This document shows positions 8,440 to 18,111 of a stretch of DNA of 40,150 bases, one piece after another (position 1 is the stretch's first letter; every line of letters starts with the position of its first letter). A program made the position numbers and the translations under genes. Origin of the DNA: a virus; UHGV virus genome UHGV-0075716; one strand, written 5' to 3'. The notes under the pieces are model-generated. The model searched no databases. It had not been told where the DNA came from and saw only the letters and a list, made by a program, of their open reading frames with translations.

Positions 8440-10559
8440 CTGTCACTAGCGAGCCATGTAATAATCCCCGTGCGGGCAATGGTTTTTGCTTCATCTGTTG
8501 ATAAGGTTTTCTCCCATCTCTTAAATGCCCCAGATTGCATCAGTTTCCTTTCTATTACGCGTCTCACTTCTGCTCTGTCTACTGGTGCGTTTTGCAGGCG
8601 AAATAGCATTGATTTAAACTCAGGAGAAGACAGTAGAGCATCAGCAGCCTTTATCCTGCTTGTTTTCCCTGACATCAATGCTGACGTTATCACCCCTGTT
8701 GCACCTACACCAGGAAGACCAGATAAGCTTGTAATACCTTCCGCCGCAGCAGCTTTTGAGGCTATTCCATAAATTTTTGCTAGACTACCCTTTTCTTTCA
8801 GAAAGTTATTAACTTGCTGATCCACAAGACTACTAGCATACTGCTTACCAGTATTGAGTCTATTCATAGCCTTAGCTGCTTGATAAATCGTATCAAGGCG
8901 CTTTGATGCATCTGTGCCAATAGCATCACGGAGAGCCTTCATATTGGCCCCATTGCGTGACATTCCGTTATACCATTTTACAAATCCATCAACTCCTAAT
9001 TGCTGACCAGGTGATTTGGCATAGCTGGTAAATGCTTTATTCATTGAGGTGAGCGCAACTTCCTGCCGCATATCCTTTGGAATCGACTTCATTAATTGCC
9101 TAAAGTCGCCACCGTTTCCTTTTGCCATATTAACAACAGCACTTTCAACTTTTGGAATTGCTGATTGCTGAAGTTTTCTACCCAAGACGGTTACAGCATC
9201 ATCTTCAATGGATTTTCGTTTTTTTACCAACTCCTTACCAAGCGTCCATAATTCCCCTGCGCCATATTTTTCTGCGACAGCCTGTTGGTCATCTGTTATG
9301 GCTGCATATAACTTTTTAAGAACACCTGTTTCTTCATCCTTGAATGGACCAGAGCCTTTGCCAATAGCTTGTCCAACCTGCTTTCTAGCGAGATCTAAAC
9401 GCCCATACGTTGGCAAGGTGTTTGGATCAAGTCGGTTCAATGTCCGCTTCATTATTGGAGATAATTCATCAATTCCACCTATATCATCAGCAAAATCCTC
9501 TAAAAAATTCAATGTATTAGTTGCCTCAATCCGGTCTCTTACAGGAACCTTTTCGGCAATTTTGTTGTAGATGTTATCTGACTGATTTTGTAATGATGAA
9601 ATGGTTTTATCAAAATTATCTGCAAGCCTGTCAGAAACCAGTTGCTTATCAAGGCTTCCCCCAAATGAAGTTATCATTTCATCAGCTTTTCTTCCTAATT
9701 CAGTAATAAAACGCTTATGCGCCTCACTAATCTCTGTGCCAGGGAGACTTGCCACTGCATTATCAAGAGCCCTGACAGCAGGATTATTAGAGATCATGCC
9801 TGGAGTGGCATAATTTTCCAGTTCTAGCTCACGAATAGCATTTATCGCGTTAAAATCAGGATTAACTTCATCGGCGAAATCTTGAATAGCTCGTTGCCCG
9901 CCGATAAATTTATTGTCCATTGCGCCAGCAGCTTTCTTTAACGTTGCTTTAGATGATTTACTACCCATCCCTACGGATGAGCGATAAATATCTCCGGCAC
10001 TATTTTTAATTTTTCCTGCAATCTTCCCAAGCGCTGGACCAACAATCTCTGCTACAGGGCCAGCCACAGCGCCAATAGCAGCTCCAGAAGCAACATCGCT
10101 ATTTGTTCCATTGGCTACAATAGCCCCTTCTCCAGCACCAAGCCCTGCGGCGGCAGCCAGCCTTGCCGCCCCTTTCGGAACCTGAGAAATAATCCCACCA
10201 CCACTAACAAATGGTGCTGCTTGTCCAACGAACTCACCAACATCTTGTGCGGTTGATGGTTTTGCCGCTAACTTCTGCTGTAGAGACTGAATTGCGGCTT
10301 GCTCTTCTGGTGTCATATCCTGAAATAGACCAACACCTTTACCAACATCCATCAATCCACTGAGAACGCCATACATAAAACGGTCGAAGCCGTTAGCATT
10401 ATTAACAACATTTTCCTGTCTGGAGTTTTCCTCTGGTGAAACCAAAGGTGATTGCTGCTGCTCTGGTTGGGAATCAAGCACAAAACCATCAGGAAGCTGT
10501 GAGTTATCAGGCTGATTATCGAGAACAAATCCTTCGGGTAAACCTACATCGGTTGCCAT
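8436..10559 (-). CDS. Ejection (E) protein, P22 gp16-like
   Basis: 707 aa; last gene of the gp14-gp7-gp20-gp16 series by position; N-terminal duplicated PDGFVLD.QP motif. Confidence 0.7.
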   Translation of the reverse strand: MATDVGLPEGFVLDNQPDNSQLPDGFVLDSQPEQQQSPLVSPEENSRQENVVNNANGFDRFMYGVLSGLMDVGKGVGLFQDMTPEEQAAIQSLQQKLAAKPSTAQDVGEFVGQAAPFVSGGGIISQVPKGAARLAAAAGLGAGEGAIVANGTNSDVASGAAIGAVAGPVAEIVGPALGKIAGKIKNSAGDIYRSSVGMGSKSSKATLKKAAGAMDNKFIGGQRAIQDFADEVNPDFNAINAIRELELENYATPGMISNNPAVRALDNAVASLPGTEISEAHKRFITELGRKADEMITSFGGSLDKQLVSDRLADNFDKTISSLQNQSDNIYNKIAEKVPVRDRIEATNTLNFLEDFADDIGGIDELSPIMKRTLNRLDPNTLPTYGRLDLARKQVGQAIGKGSGPFKDEETGVLKKLYAAITDDQQAVAEKYGAGELWTLGKELVKKRKSIEDDAVTVLGRKLQQSAIPKVESAVVNMAKGNGGDFRQLMKSIPKDMRQEVALTSMNKAFTSYAKSPGQQLGVDGFVKWYNGMSRNGANMKALRDAIGTDASKRLDTIYQAAKAMNRLNTGKQYASSLVDQQVNNFLKEKGSLAKIYGIASKAAAAEGITSLSGLPGVGATGVITSALMSGKTSRIKAADALLSSPEFKSMLFRLQNAPVDRAEVRRVIERKLMQSGAFKRWEKTLSTDEAKTIARTGIITWLASDS

Positions 10560-11887
10560 TGTCCGTTCCTATAAATGAGTTTCTGACCAGTTTTAGGGTT
10601 CGTTGCCGTCGCGCCTTCTGATATCCCACTTGGCGCAGCTTTTGTCTGCCCATTACCACCTTGTGGTGTAGGCTGCGCTGGGACATCGTCAAATAGCTTG
10701 GCCTTCCTTCTCCCTAAGCTTTTTTTCAGCCCTTGAGGAATAGTATCTCCATACGTATCCAGATATTCGTCTACCTGCTGGTTAAACTGCTGCCCCATAG
10801 CGTTGGCGTTAATTTTGGCTGCGTTAACAATGTTATCCCTCGCTTCCTGTGACAAGCCATTCCCTGCATTAAGCTGGTCTACATATCCTTTTATCTGCCC
10901 CCATATGCCATCAGAGCGCATGACCTGAACCTGTTCACCTTCGCGAACAACTGACTGAGGGTCGAGAGACTTCATGTAATTAAAGATAATCCCAAGTTGG
11001 GCAGCGCCAGTATTTACCTTGCTAAGGGCTTGCAGAGAGTTTGCCGCCGCTCTGACAGAGTTATAATTTTTGCCAAAATTGGTAATATCAGAATTTAATC
11101 CCTTAATTAAGTCTGCTGACGGCTTACCTTTTTGCCCCAGCTCCATTAGCTTCAATCCCATCTCATCTGAGTGCATTTGTGCCCGCTGAGCCCTGTCTAG
11201 TTGAGCGTTTTGGATATTTGCCCATCCTCTCGCATTCTCCATGTCAGCCTGACGGATGCTTTCATCCAATCGCCCTTGCTCAAGTCGACGCCCCTCCATT
11301 CGATCTTTGATATCGAAATACTTCTCATGACCGAGAGAAAATAGTGCCAGATTACCTGTGAAGTGCTGGAAGCCCTGCGGGTCATTAACCTGCATTTCCG
11401 CAATAGTTTCTGGAGGGATACCTAAACGACGCATCTCCTTTTCGTTATCCATCATGAACCTGCCAAATGCACCCGGACCAAGCGACGAAGCGACCTGAGC
11501 CTTAAGCGCCAGATTGCCAAAATCATCCCGCTGGGCGTCATCGACATACCCCATGCCTTTACGGACTTCCTCAAACTCTTCGGGGAATGCTGTAATAAGA
11601 TTACGCATCTGCTCCCTGTCGCCGGACGCATAAGCATCCGCATAACCTTTCTGGAATGCCGCTTTACGTTCCTGCTGTTGCTGCTGCTTATAAATATCAG
11701 CAACTCCAGCCAGACCACGTAACGCGGTCAGACCAACGTTATTTGCACCTGAGCGAGCCAGTTCATTGTTTTCGCGGATCAGACCAAGCGTTGCGTTAAT
11801 GTCGCTTGCCTTTGGCGCATTCTCATTTTGCGTACCGATGCCAGCCAGAAAACCACCAGAATTAATACCCTGTTGCCACGTAGCCAT
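10544..11887 (-). CDS. Ejection protein, P22 gp20-like
   Basis: 447 aa; position and size in P22-type order. Confidence 0.7.
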   Translation of the reverse strand: MATWQQGINSGGFLAGIGTQNENAPKASDINATLGLIRENNELARSGANNVGLTALRGLAGVADIYKQQQQQERKAAFQKGYADAYASGDREQMRNLITAFPEEFEEVRKGMGYVDDAQRDDFGNLALKAQVASSLGPGAFGRFMMDNEKEMRRLGIPPETIAEMQVNDPQGFQHFTGNLALFSLGHEKYFDIKDRMEGRRLEQGRLDESIRQADMENARGWANIQNAQLDRAQRAQMHSDEMGLKLMELGQKGKPSADLIKGLNSDITNFGKNYNSVRAAANSLQALSKVNTGAAQLGIIFNYMKSLDPQSVVREGEQVQVMRSDGIWGQIKGYVDQLNAGNGLSQEARDNIVNAAKINANAMGQQFNQQVDEYLDTYGDTIPQGLKKSLGRRKAKLFDDVPAQPTPQGGNGQTKAAPSGISEGATATNPKTGQKLIYRNGQWQPM

Positions 11888-11897
11888 TGATTACCCC

Positions 11898-12587
11898 TTA
11901 AAACAACGAGCCAAGCAGACCAAGACCAGCACCGATACCAGCACCCCACGGAGTTGATAGCTCGAGAGCACTGGCTATGCCACCACCCAAAAGCGCACCG
12001 GATGCAGCACCACTAACACCCTGCCGCAATGCTGACGGTCGGTTGGCGTTTGCCGCTGCAAGAGCAGCGCTTTGCTGTGAAATCTGGCTCATGTTGTTGG
12101 CATATGTCTGCCCGGCGTTTGCCTGCCCCTGAAGAGCGCCAAGACCGATATTTGCCAGGTTGTTGTAATTGTTCATTTGTCCAGACAGCCATTGCTGACC
12201 AAGCGTTGGTGCGATTGTTGCTAACTGATTACTGGTTGCGGTGGAACCCAATCCACCTGTTGCTTCCGCTGCCGCCAGACTCTGATAGCGAGCCTGACCA
12301 GCAAGATCTTTGTACTGCTGAGAGTTGTAATACTGGTTAAGTGCCTGACCTTGCCCTTCCAGAGACGATAAGTTCTCAAGGCTGCCGACATGCTTCCCAG
12401 CCAGAGGAGTAAACGGCTTCAGGTTGTTCATGATGGTATTGAACTGCTGATTTTGCAGGTCTGCGGCATACTTCTGAGCTTCTGCGGCATACTTTGCACT
12501 TTTATCAGAGCCACCTTTCCCGCCTTTTTCAGGGCAATAAGGTTCCTCGCCGCGCAGTTTTCTGCCCAGCTTAAATGCATATAACAT
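11898..12587 (-). CDS. Ejection protein, P22 gp7-like
   Basis: 229 aa (same length as P22 gp7); Gln/Ala/Gly-rich; position. Confidence 0.7.
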   Translation of the reverse strand: MLYAFKLGRKLRGEEPYCPEKGGKGGSDKSAKYAAEAQKYAADLQNQQFNTIMNNLKPFTPLAGKHVGSLENLSSLEGQGQALNQYYNSQQYKDLAGQARYQSLAAAEATGGLGSTATSNQLATIAPTLGQQWLSGQMNNYNNLANIGLGALQGQANAGQTYANNMSQISQQSAALAAANANRPSALRQGVSGAASGALLGGGIASALELSTPWGAGIGAGLGLLGSLF

Positions 12588-12589
12588 GG

Positions 12590-13045
12590 CTATCTCCCGT
12601 GATTCAGGAAGTCGATTAGTTCTTCGCGTGTGGCGCTGTAAAAAGTCACGTCATCCACGCCTTTGAAGTATTTCTTGATGGTTCCTACACGCTTAAGGCC
12701 AATAATTGCGCAGTACATCTGCCCGTGGCGGAATTTGCGTGCAGCGAACGATGTGACGCACTGAACGGTGGTGTTAGTCAGAATGTATCGCCAGAACGCC
12801 AGCCCGATTTCCTTGCTGAATCCACGAACCTCTGGCAGGTACATGGCGTGGCAATCGAATGTCAGCGGCTGAATCTCCTGATAGTAAACAATGCCGCCGA
12901 ACTGACCGTGCACGTTAACCTCAAAGTAACGGCATTCAGGTTTGTAGTCGTATCCATCACCGTTGTTGCTCCCGGCGATAATGTCAGGGTGATTTCCTAC
13001 GGCTTCTATCAGGTCGATGTTTCGCGTTGGTTTGAATGTAATCAT
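12590..13045 (-). CDS. P22 gp14-like virion protein
   Basis: 151 aa; position between tail needle and gp7-like gene. Confidence 0.6.
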   Translation of the reverse strand: MITFKPTRNIDLIEAVGNHPDIIAGSNNGDGYDYKPECRYFEVNVHGQFGGIVYYQEIQPLTFDCHAMYLPEVRGFSKEIGLAFWRYILTNTTVQCVTSFAARKFRHGQMYCAIIGLKRVGTIKKYFKGVDDVTFYSATREELIDFLNHGR

Positions 13046-13746
13046 CAGTCAATCAGCCCATGTAATCTAAGTGCTGTTTCAAGCGCCAGAATACGCTGCC
13101 GCGCCTGCTCCAAACCTGTAGCGAGAGCTGCGACTTCGGATTGTGTGTACGTAGTGCCGACCGTGTATGACTGGTTAGCGTTGAATGAACCAAGAAGTGG
13201 CGTACCTGTGGCTGCAGTCCATCCGCTCTGCCTTGCTCCAACGACCTGAATTCCATCAACTGAATATGATGTTTTTACATCCAGCGGTGACGCAAGAGAC
13301 TGCAATTCGGTTACGGTTTTCGATACGTAATCACTCTTAATGCCAGAGACATCGTTTTCTACGTCATCCAGTCTTTGGTCAACAGTGACCAGATGCGCCT
13401 GAATATCGATAACCTCATCCAGCAAGTAATCAACATCGCTACGCAGTACGACTATCTTCCCTTCGGCAGTTGTTAACCTGACCTCAAGTAGATTTATCGC
13501 TTTTGTGTTTGCGGTGATTCTTGCGTCGTGATCAGCCAGTTCGACATCCTGTTCATCGTTTTTTACCTGGGCATCGTAAGCGCCCTGACCAGCCTGATTT
13601 GCCTTCCCGGCAATTGCGCCGACATCAGCCCCCTGATTAATGACATACAGCAGGTAAGACTGGCTGAATATATTGCGTGGAAGGATTGATGTATCGAGTC
13701 GTGTAGCCTGAATTGTTACCGGCTCATTGAGATTCGAATCAGCCAT
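13045..13746 (-). CDS. Tail needle (P22 gp26-like)
   Basis: 233 aa (same as P22 gp26); N-terminal [18 protein letters not shown]...; heptad-rich coiled-coil middle. Confidence 0.8.
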   Translation of the reverse strand: MADSNLNEPVTIQATRLDTSILPRNIFSQSYLLYVINQGADVGAIAGKANQAGQGAYDAQVKNDEQDVELADHDARITANTKAINLLEVRLTTAEGKIVVLRSDVDYLLDEVIDIQAHLVTVDQRLDDVENDVSGIKSDYVSKTVTELQSLASPLDVKTSYSVDGIQVVGARQSGWTAATGTPLLGSFNANQSYTVGTTYTQSEVAALATGLEQARQRILALETALRLHGLID

Positions 13747-15164
13747 TACTCAATCCTTATCTGGCAACCAGACAGAGTGACAGGTGACTTCGTGATAACG
13801 CGCAATTTGAAGCCGACATTTTTCCTGATGCGCCCTACTCGCTTCCACAAAACACGTTTGTCGTAAACGAACGGTTCATTCTGCTCAATCATCTGCTCAC
13901 GCCCGTAATTGATGCCGTCAGTGGTTGCAGAGAGAAAAAGGCGGTCAGCATACTGCGCAACGCCAGTTGACGACTCAACCTCAAGGTCGAAAACTCTGGC
14001 GTTATCCGCTTTGAACAACGGAGTAAACAGCAGGTGTTCCTGTTGCCTGTCGTACTGGCTGCTGATATCGAACTGCAATTTCCCTGTCATCGATTCAAGC
14101 TTATCGCCGCACGTAATTTGGTTGCCTTCGTAAATGAAGTCGATAGCGCGGTACACATCGTCATACAGGCCTGTTTTCAGTACACACCATTGCGGACCAT
14201 TGGCGCTTGAAGATGCGTCGTACACGAGGACGTGGCGCGGCAGGTGAATAATCAGCAACTCATGAGCATCAAACCGCAACGATTCCATCACGCCATCAGC
14301 CAGTTCATCAGCAGTGTAGGAGCGGAGGATTTTCTCAATGCTCGCGCTGGCTATTGGTGATACCTGACCGGAGCCGATGATGTATACAGAAGGCGCGCCT
14401 GTTGCCGGATTGCTGATGAACGCATACGAATCAGCAAACGGCGTTTTGCAGTAAGTCCCGGCAATACCTTTCTGCACCATCAGCGATGGCTGTGCGACAT
14501 ACAAAGCGGCACCAACAGTGGTTGCACCAGTCATGGAGAAATATTCAATCGTTGATGAACCAAAGCAGACAATGAAGTCTCGCCATGTTCCGATGCCGAT
14601 AATGCCGTCAGGCTGCGATTCTGCGCGATATTGTGCGCTGTATCGGTCAGGGTGCGATTCGTCTTCAAGGTCAGTAATAAACCATGAATCCGTGCCGTCT
14701 TTTGACCACGCATAACGCCCACGTAAGCGTGTAATGTCGCGGACTGAACCTAACTCATACTGCGTAAATCCGCTGTCTGCAGGCCAGTTTGAGACGGTTT
14801 TAACCGTGCCATCATAGCGATACTCAACCAGTTGACCATTAACGCCTACAGCCTGAGATGTTCGACCATGCGCCATTGATACACGACCACTTCCGGCAAC
14901 ATCACCGACTTCACTTTCTCCTTTGTACAGCTTGCCGCCACACACGCGATAAACAGCATTCTGCGCCATGTTGTACTCAACTCCGCGCGATACACCGTTT
15001 ACATCAGAGCGTTTGGCAATGCCCGGGAATGAGCGAAGATATCCGCTGCTGTTGAGTATTTCTTTGGGCGTAGCCAGCATATTCACTGGCAGATAGTCGA
15101 TATAGTCGGCGTTTCGAAAGTCTTTGCCGACACCTTTCATAAGCGGAAGTTGCTGAATCGGCAT
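13746..15164 (-). CDS. Head completion/tail accessory protein (P22 gp10-like)
   Basis: 472 aa (same as P22 gp10); position. Confidence 0.8.
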   Translation of the reverse strand: MPIQQLPLMKGVGKDFRNADYIDYLPVNMLATPKEILNSSGYLRSFPGIAKRSDVNGVSRGVEYNMAQNAVYRVCGGKLYKGESEVGDVAGSGRVSMAHGRTSQAVGVNGQLVEYRYDGTVKTVSNWPADSGFTQYELGSVRDITRLRGRYAWSKDGTDSWFITDLEDESHPDRYSAQYRAESQPDGIIGIGTWRDFIVCFGSSTIEYFSMTGATTVGAALYVAQPSLMVQKGIAGTYCKTPFADSYAFISNPATGAPSVYIIGSGQVSPIASASIEKILRSYTADELADGVMESLRFDAHELLIIHLPRHVLVYDASSSANGPQWCVLKTGLYDDVYRAIDFIYEGNQITCGDKLESMTGKLQFDISSQYDRQQEHLLFTPLFKADNARVFDLEVESSTGVAQYADRLFLSATTDGINYGREQMIEQNEPFVYDKRVLWKRVGRIRKNVGFKLRVITKSPVTLSGCQIRIE

Positions 15165-15173
15165 TTATTCACC

Positions 15174-15635
15174 TCACGTACTCGGATCATCTTTCTCGAT
15201 GTAAAACCGATTCCACGTAAACGCGCTTTTTAACCCCGCCCCGCGAGGCATATCATTTCGCCGCTCAAGTGGTGGTATTTTGGTTAAAGCGATACAGATT
15301 GTTTGATATGCACTGTCAGCAGCGGTAAGGAGAGCGTCTGACGGCTGAATGACGTTATCCATGCACACTTGCACAGCGAGTTTCAAAGCGACGCCATCAT
15401 TTGCCCATGCAGGGATACCTGAATCATCGTCAGGTAACGGCATGATGCCGTTTTCTGTATCAGCAAACTGATATCCAAGCTCGATACCTTTAGCCTGCCA
15501 TGCTGCCATCATGTCTTCGAGGTCATTAATGGCATCTTCAATTGCCTGAGGGTCAGCATCTGTCAACGTGGCATTGGAATACAGCCCGGCTTTTCGTAAA
15601 GCCTTTAGAACGAGATCACCCTTCGTTTTCGCCAT
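15174..15635 (-). CDS. Head completion protein (P22 gp4-like)
   Basis: 153 aa; position between coat and gp10-like gene. Confidence 0.7.
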   Translation of the reverse strand: MAKTKGDLVLKALRKAGLYSNATLTDADPQAIEDAINDLEDMMAAWQAKGIELGYQFADTENGIMPLPDDDSGIPAWANDGVALKLAVQVCMDNVIQPSDALLTAADSAYQTICIALTKIPPLERRNDMPRGAGLKSAFTWNRFYIEKDDPST

Positions 15636-15804
15636 CTTCTTCCGCCTTAGCCACTTTTTGCTTCGTTGCGGTTTCTTCAGGAGTTTTTACCCAGCCTTTT
15701 TTCAGGTGAGATTTAACTTCTTCGTCATCAACGATGATGTAATCCAGCGAGTGGGGGCCGCAGGTGATCATCGATCCCGGCTTATAAAGCATGATTTGAG
15801 ACAT
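15616..15804 (-). CDS. Small protein of unknown function downstream of coat (start at internal ATG 15804)
   Basis: GGAG then ATG directly after the coat terminator; MSQIMLYKPGSMITCGPHSL... Confidence 0.4.
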   Translation of the reverse strand: MSQIMLYKPGSMITCGPHSLDYIIVDDEEVKSHLKKGWVKTPEETATKQKVAKAEEDGENEG

Positions 15805-15812
15805 TTCGATCT

Positions 15813-15840
15813 CCAAAAAAAAAGAGGGGCCGAAGCCCCT
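15813..15840 (-). terminator. Rho-independent terminator after the coat gene
   Basis: On - strand AGGGGC-TTCG-GCCCCT hairpin followed by T9. Confidence 0.7.
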
Positions 15841-15844
15841 TGGA

Positions 15845-17104
15845 TTACTGGTTAGCCAATACCAGGCCGGTGAATTCCGGGACCAGTACGCTTGCGCCAG
15901 CCAGCGTGGTGAAGCGAGTCCACGTTTTGCCAGATTTAGCGTCGAATTGGTAAGCCATGATGATGGTCGCACCCTGCTCGGTCGTTGCGGTCATAACCTG
16001 CGGACCCTGGCCGGTAGGGAATGCCAACTTGCCATACATCAGCTCAACAGAACCCTCAGCGAAGAAGATGTTGGAAGCCGCAGCCTTCTTGTTGAGGATG
16101 GTGATCGCCGCGTTTGCCACCGGATTGGCGGTAACGTTCTGGTAAGGAATAGACGCCTTATCCGCGTTGTCTGGTGGCAGAATTTTCGGGCTGATGGTAA
16201 CGGTAGTGCCATTTACTGCCAGGACGCGGAATACCTGCGGCTTACCTGTATCCACCTTCTTGATCATGTGGACACTGTTAACGCCTGCGATAGTGAATGC
16301 ATCGCCGACAGCCAGTACGCCAGCAGTGGATACGGTGATGTCACCCTGGCGGTTATCGGTAGGCGCGCCGTTGGAATCCATCGCGGTAACTTTGTGTTTT
16401 ACTGCGCCGCCGAGAGTTACAGCGGTAGCTGAACCAGCCTTCATTGCGCCAGCATAATCAACGCGGAAACTGTCGAAGGATGCCACAGGTGGAATCTGAG
16501 CTTTCTCATAGGCTGTCAGAGTTGCACCGACCGCATATGCGCGAGAGCCAAGCTCCTTAGCCAGGTCTTTGTAGTTGAACGGGTTGTAGAACGCCTTGCG
16601 CTGACCACCCTGAGGCACACCAATGGACAGCATCATTGCATCAACGTCAGCCGATGCGTTCCAGAGTTCTTCGCCGAGAGTGCTACCGGTGGACGCCGAT
16701 TTAATGGTGACCACGTTGGTGGAGCGAGCGACCACCTCATCGACGATCATGTTATCAACCCACGCCGCCAACTGGCGACCCGCCGCCTTGCCAGCCTGCT
16801 CTTTGTGCCACGGATCGCGCATTTCTTTTGCGTCCAGTTCGTAGATGACGTTCTCTGGCTCGCGGAAGCGAGCAGGCACCTGACGCTGAACGAGTGAGTT
16901 TGCAGTGGCCGAAGTCAGATCAAGTCCGCTCACGGTTTTCAGGTGGTAGCCCTGAGGGCGATAAACAACGTCGCCAGCGCGCTGCATTTCAATGTCGCCC
17001 GGTCGGAACTTGCTGCACTCGCGGGAAACGACATTGGACGCCTCAAAACTATCAATGACGCTCTCAAAGAGGATTTCGAGGTCTTTTGTTAACTGGTTAG
17101 ACAT
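15845..17104 (-). CDS. Major capsid (coat) protein, P22 gp5-like
   Basis: 419 aa; between scaffold and gp4-like genes; strong terminator after it. Confidence 0.85.
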   Translation of the reverse strand: MSNQLTKDLEILFESVIDSFEASNVVSRECSKFRPGDIEMQRAGDVVYRPQGYHLKTVSGLDLTSATANSLVQRQVPARFREPENVIYELDAKEMRDPWHKEQAGKAAGRQLAAWVDNMIVDEVVARSTNVVTIKSASTGSTLGEELWNASADVDAMMLSIGVPQGGQRKAFYNPFNYKDLAKELGSRAYAVGATLTAYEKAQIPPVASFDSFRVDYAGAMKAGSATAVTLGGAVKHKVTAMDSNGAPTDNRQGDITVSTAGVLAVGDAFTIAGVNSVHMIKKVDTGKPQVFRVLAVNGTTVTISPKILPPDNADKASIPYQNVTANPVANAAITILNKKAAASNIFFAEGSVELMYGKLAFPTGQGPQVMTATTEQGATIIMAYQFDAKSGKTWTRFTTLAGASVLVPEFTGLVLANQ

Positions 17105-17124
17105 AGGTATTTAGCTCCGATGGA

Positions 17125-18021
17125 TTATTTTTTAGCTTTGTTCTTCGCCGCCCGGTATTCGGTGTAATCACCGGTGTCGCGCGCTTTTTCGAGAAGTTTG
17201 TCGAGGTTATTGATTACTGCGCCGTTGCTCCCCTTAACTGTCGGGGTTGTGGCTGCCGTGGTTTTTGCTTTTGGCATGATTCTGGCCTTCGATTCGATAC
17301 GTTCCAGCAGACGACCAATTGCTACGGGGTTGGTAGCTTCTGCCAGTTGCTTGCGCAGTTCAGCGTTGCGACCGAGTGCCAGAACAACGATTTCCGGCTT
17401 CTCTGACTCAAGAAGGATCATGTCCTGAATGTGAACAGGAACATCTTCGCGTACAGCCTGCTCTGCATCCTGGTAACCAGCCACTTTCAGTGCTTTTACT
17501 CTATGCATGTAATTGGCTGCTTTCTGCTGAAGCGTTGCGGTACGCGCCTCTTCCTCTCGTTTCCGCTCTCGTACTTGCTCCTGGTATTTGCCATTATCCT
17601 CTGCCCACTTAGCCATGCGTTGCTGGTAGATTTCTTCATCGAAACCGATGTCCTCATCATCCAGTTTTGGCATTCGCGGTGGTTGAGTGATTACCGGCTG
17701 CTGCTCGACGGGTTTCTGAGACTGACGCATCAGCTCTTTCAGCTCGCGGTCTTTCTCTTTAATCGTCTTGCGCAGGTGTTTTACCAGTCCATGCTCAGCG
17801 CCATCTTCGCTGGTTGGCGAATCCAGCTTTTCGTCACCAAAGTAGAATTCCTGTTCTGATTCGTCGTCATCAGTTTCAGTAGCCTCCTCTGCATCATTGC
17901 CTGAGGACTCACTGCCATCTTCTGTTTCGACTTTTTCAGCCAGTTCGACATCATCAGGAATCTGCTCTGACGCGTCGGTTTCGATTTCAACTTCTGGTGT
18001 GTTTTCTGCCATCTGGTCCAT
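17125..18021 (-). CDS. Scaffolding protein (P22 gp8-like)
   Basis: 298 aa; acidic N-terminus, charged coiled-coil middle, basic C-terminus; position. Confidence 0.8.
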   Translation of the reverse strand: MDQMAENTPEVEIETDASEQIPDDVELAEKVETEDGSESSGNDAEEATETDDDESEQEFYFGDEKLDSPTSEDGAEHGLVKHLRKTIKEKDRELKELMRQSQKPVEQQPVITQPPRMPKLDDEDIGFDEEIYQQRMAKWAEDNGKYQEQVRERKREEEARTATLQQKAANYMHRVKALKVAGYQDAEQAVREDVPVHIQDMILLESEKPEIVVLALGRNAELRKQLAEATNPVAIGRLLERIESKARIMPKAKTTAATTPTVKGSNGAVINNLDKLLEKARDTGDYTEYRAAKNKAKK

Positions 18022-18111
18022 TTGTTACCCCTGTTTACTCGATGTTCAGCCCATCGGAAGGCAATAGGGTGCCAGGCCTCATAAAGACAGCCATTGCACG
18101 TTATGGGTTAA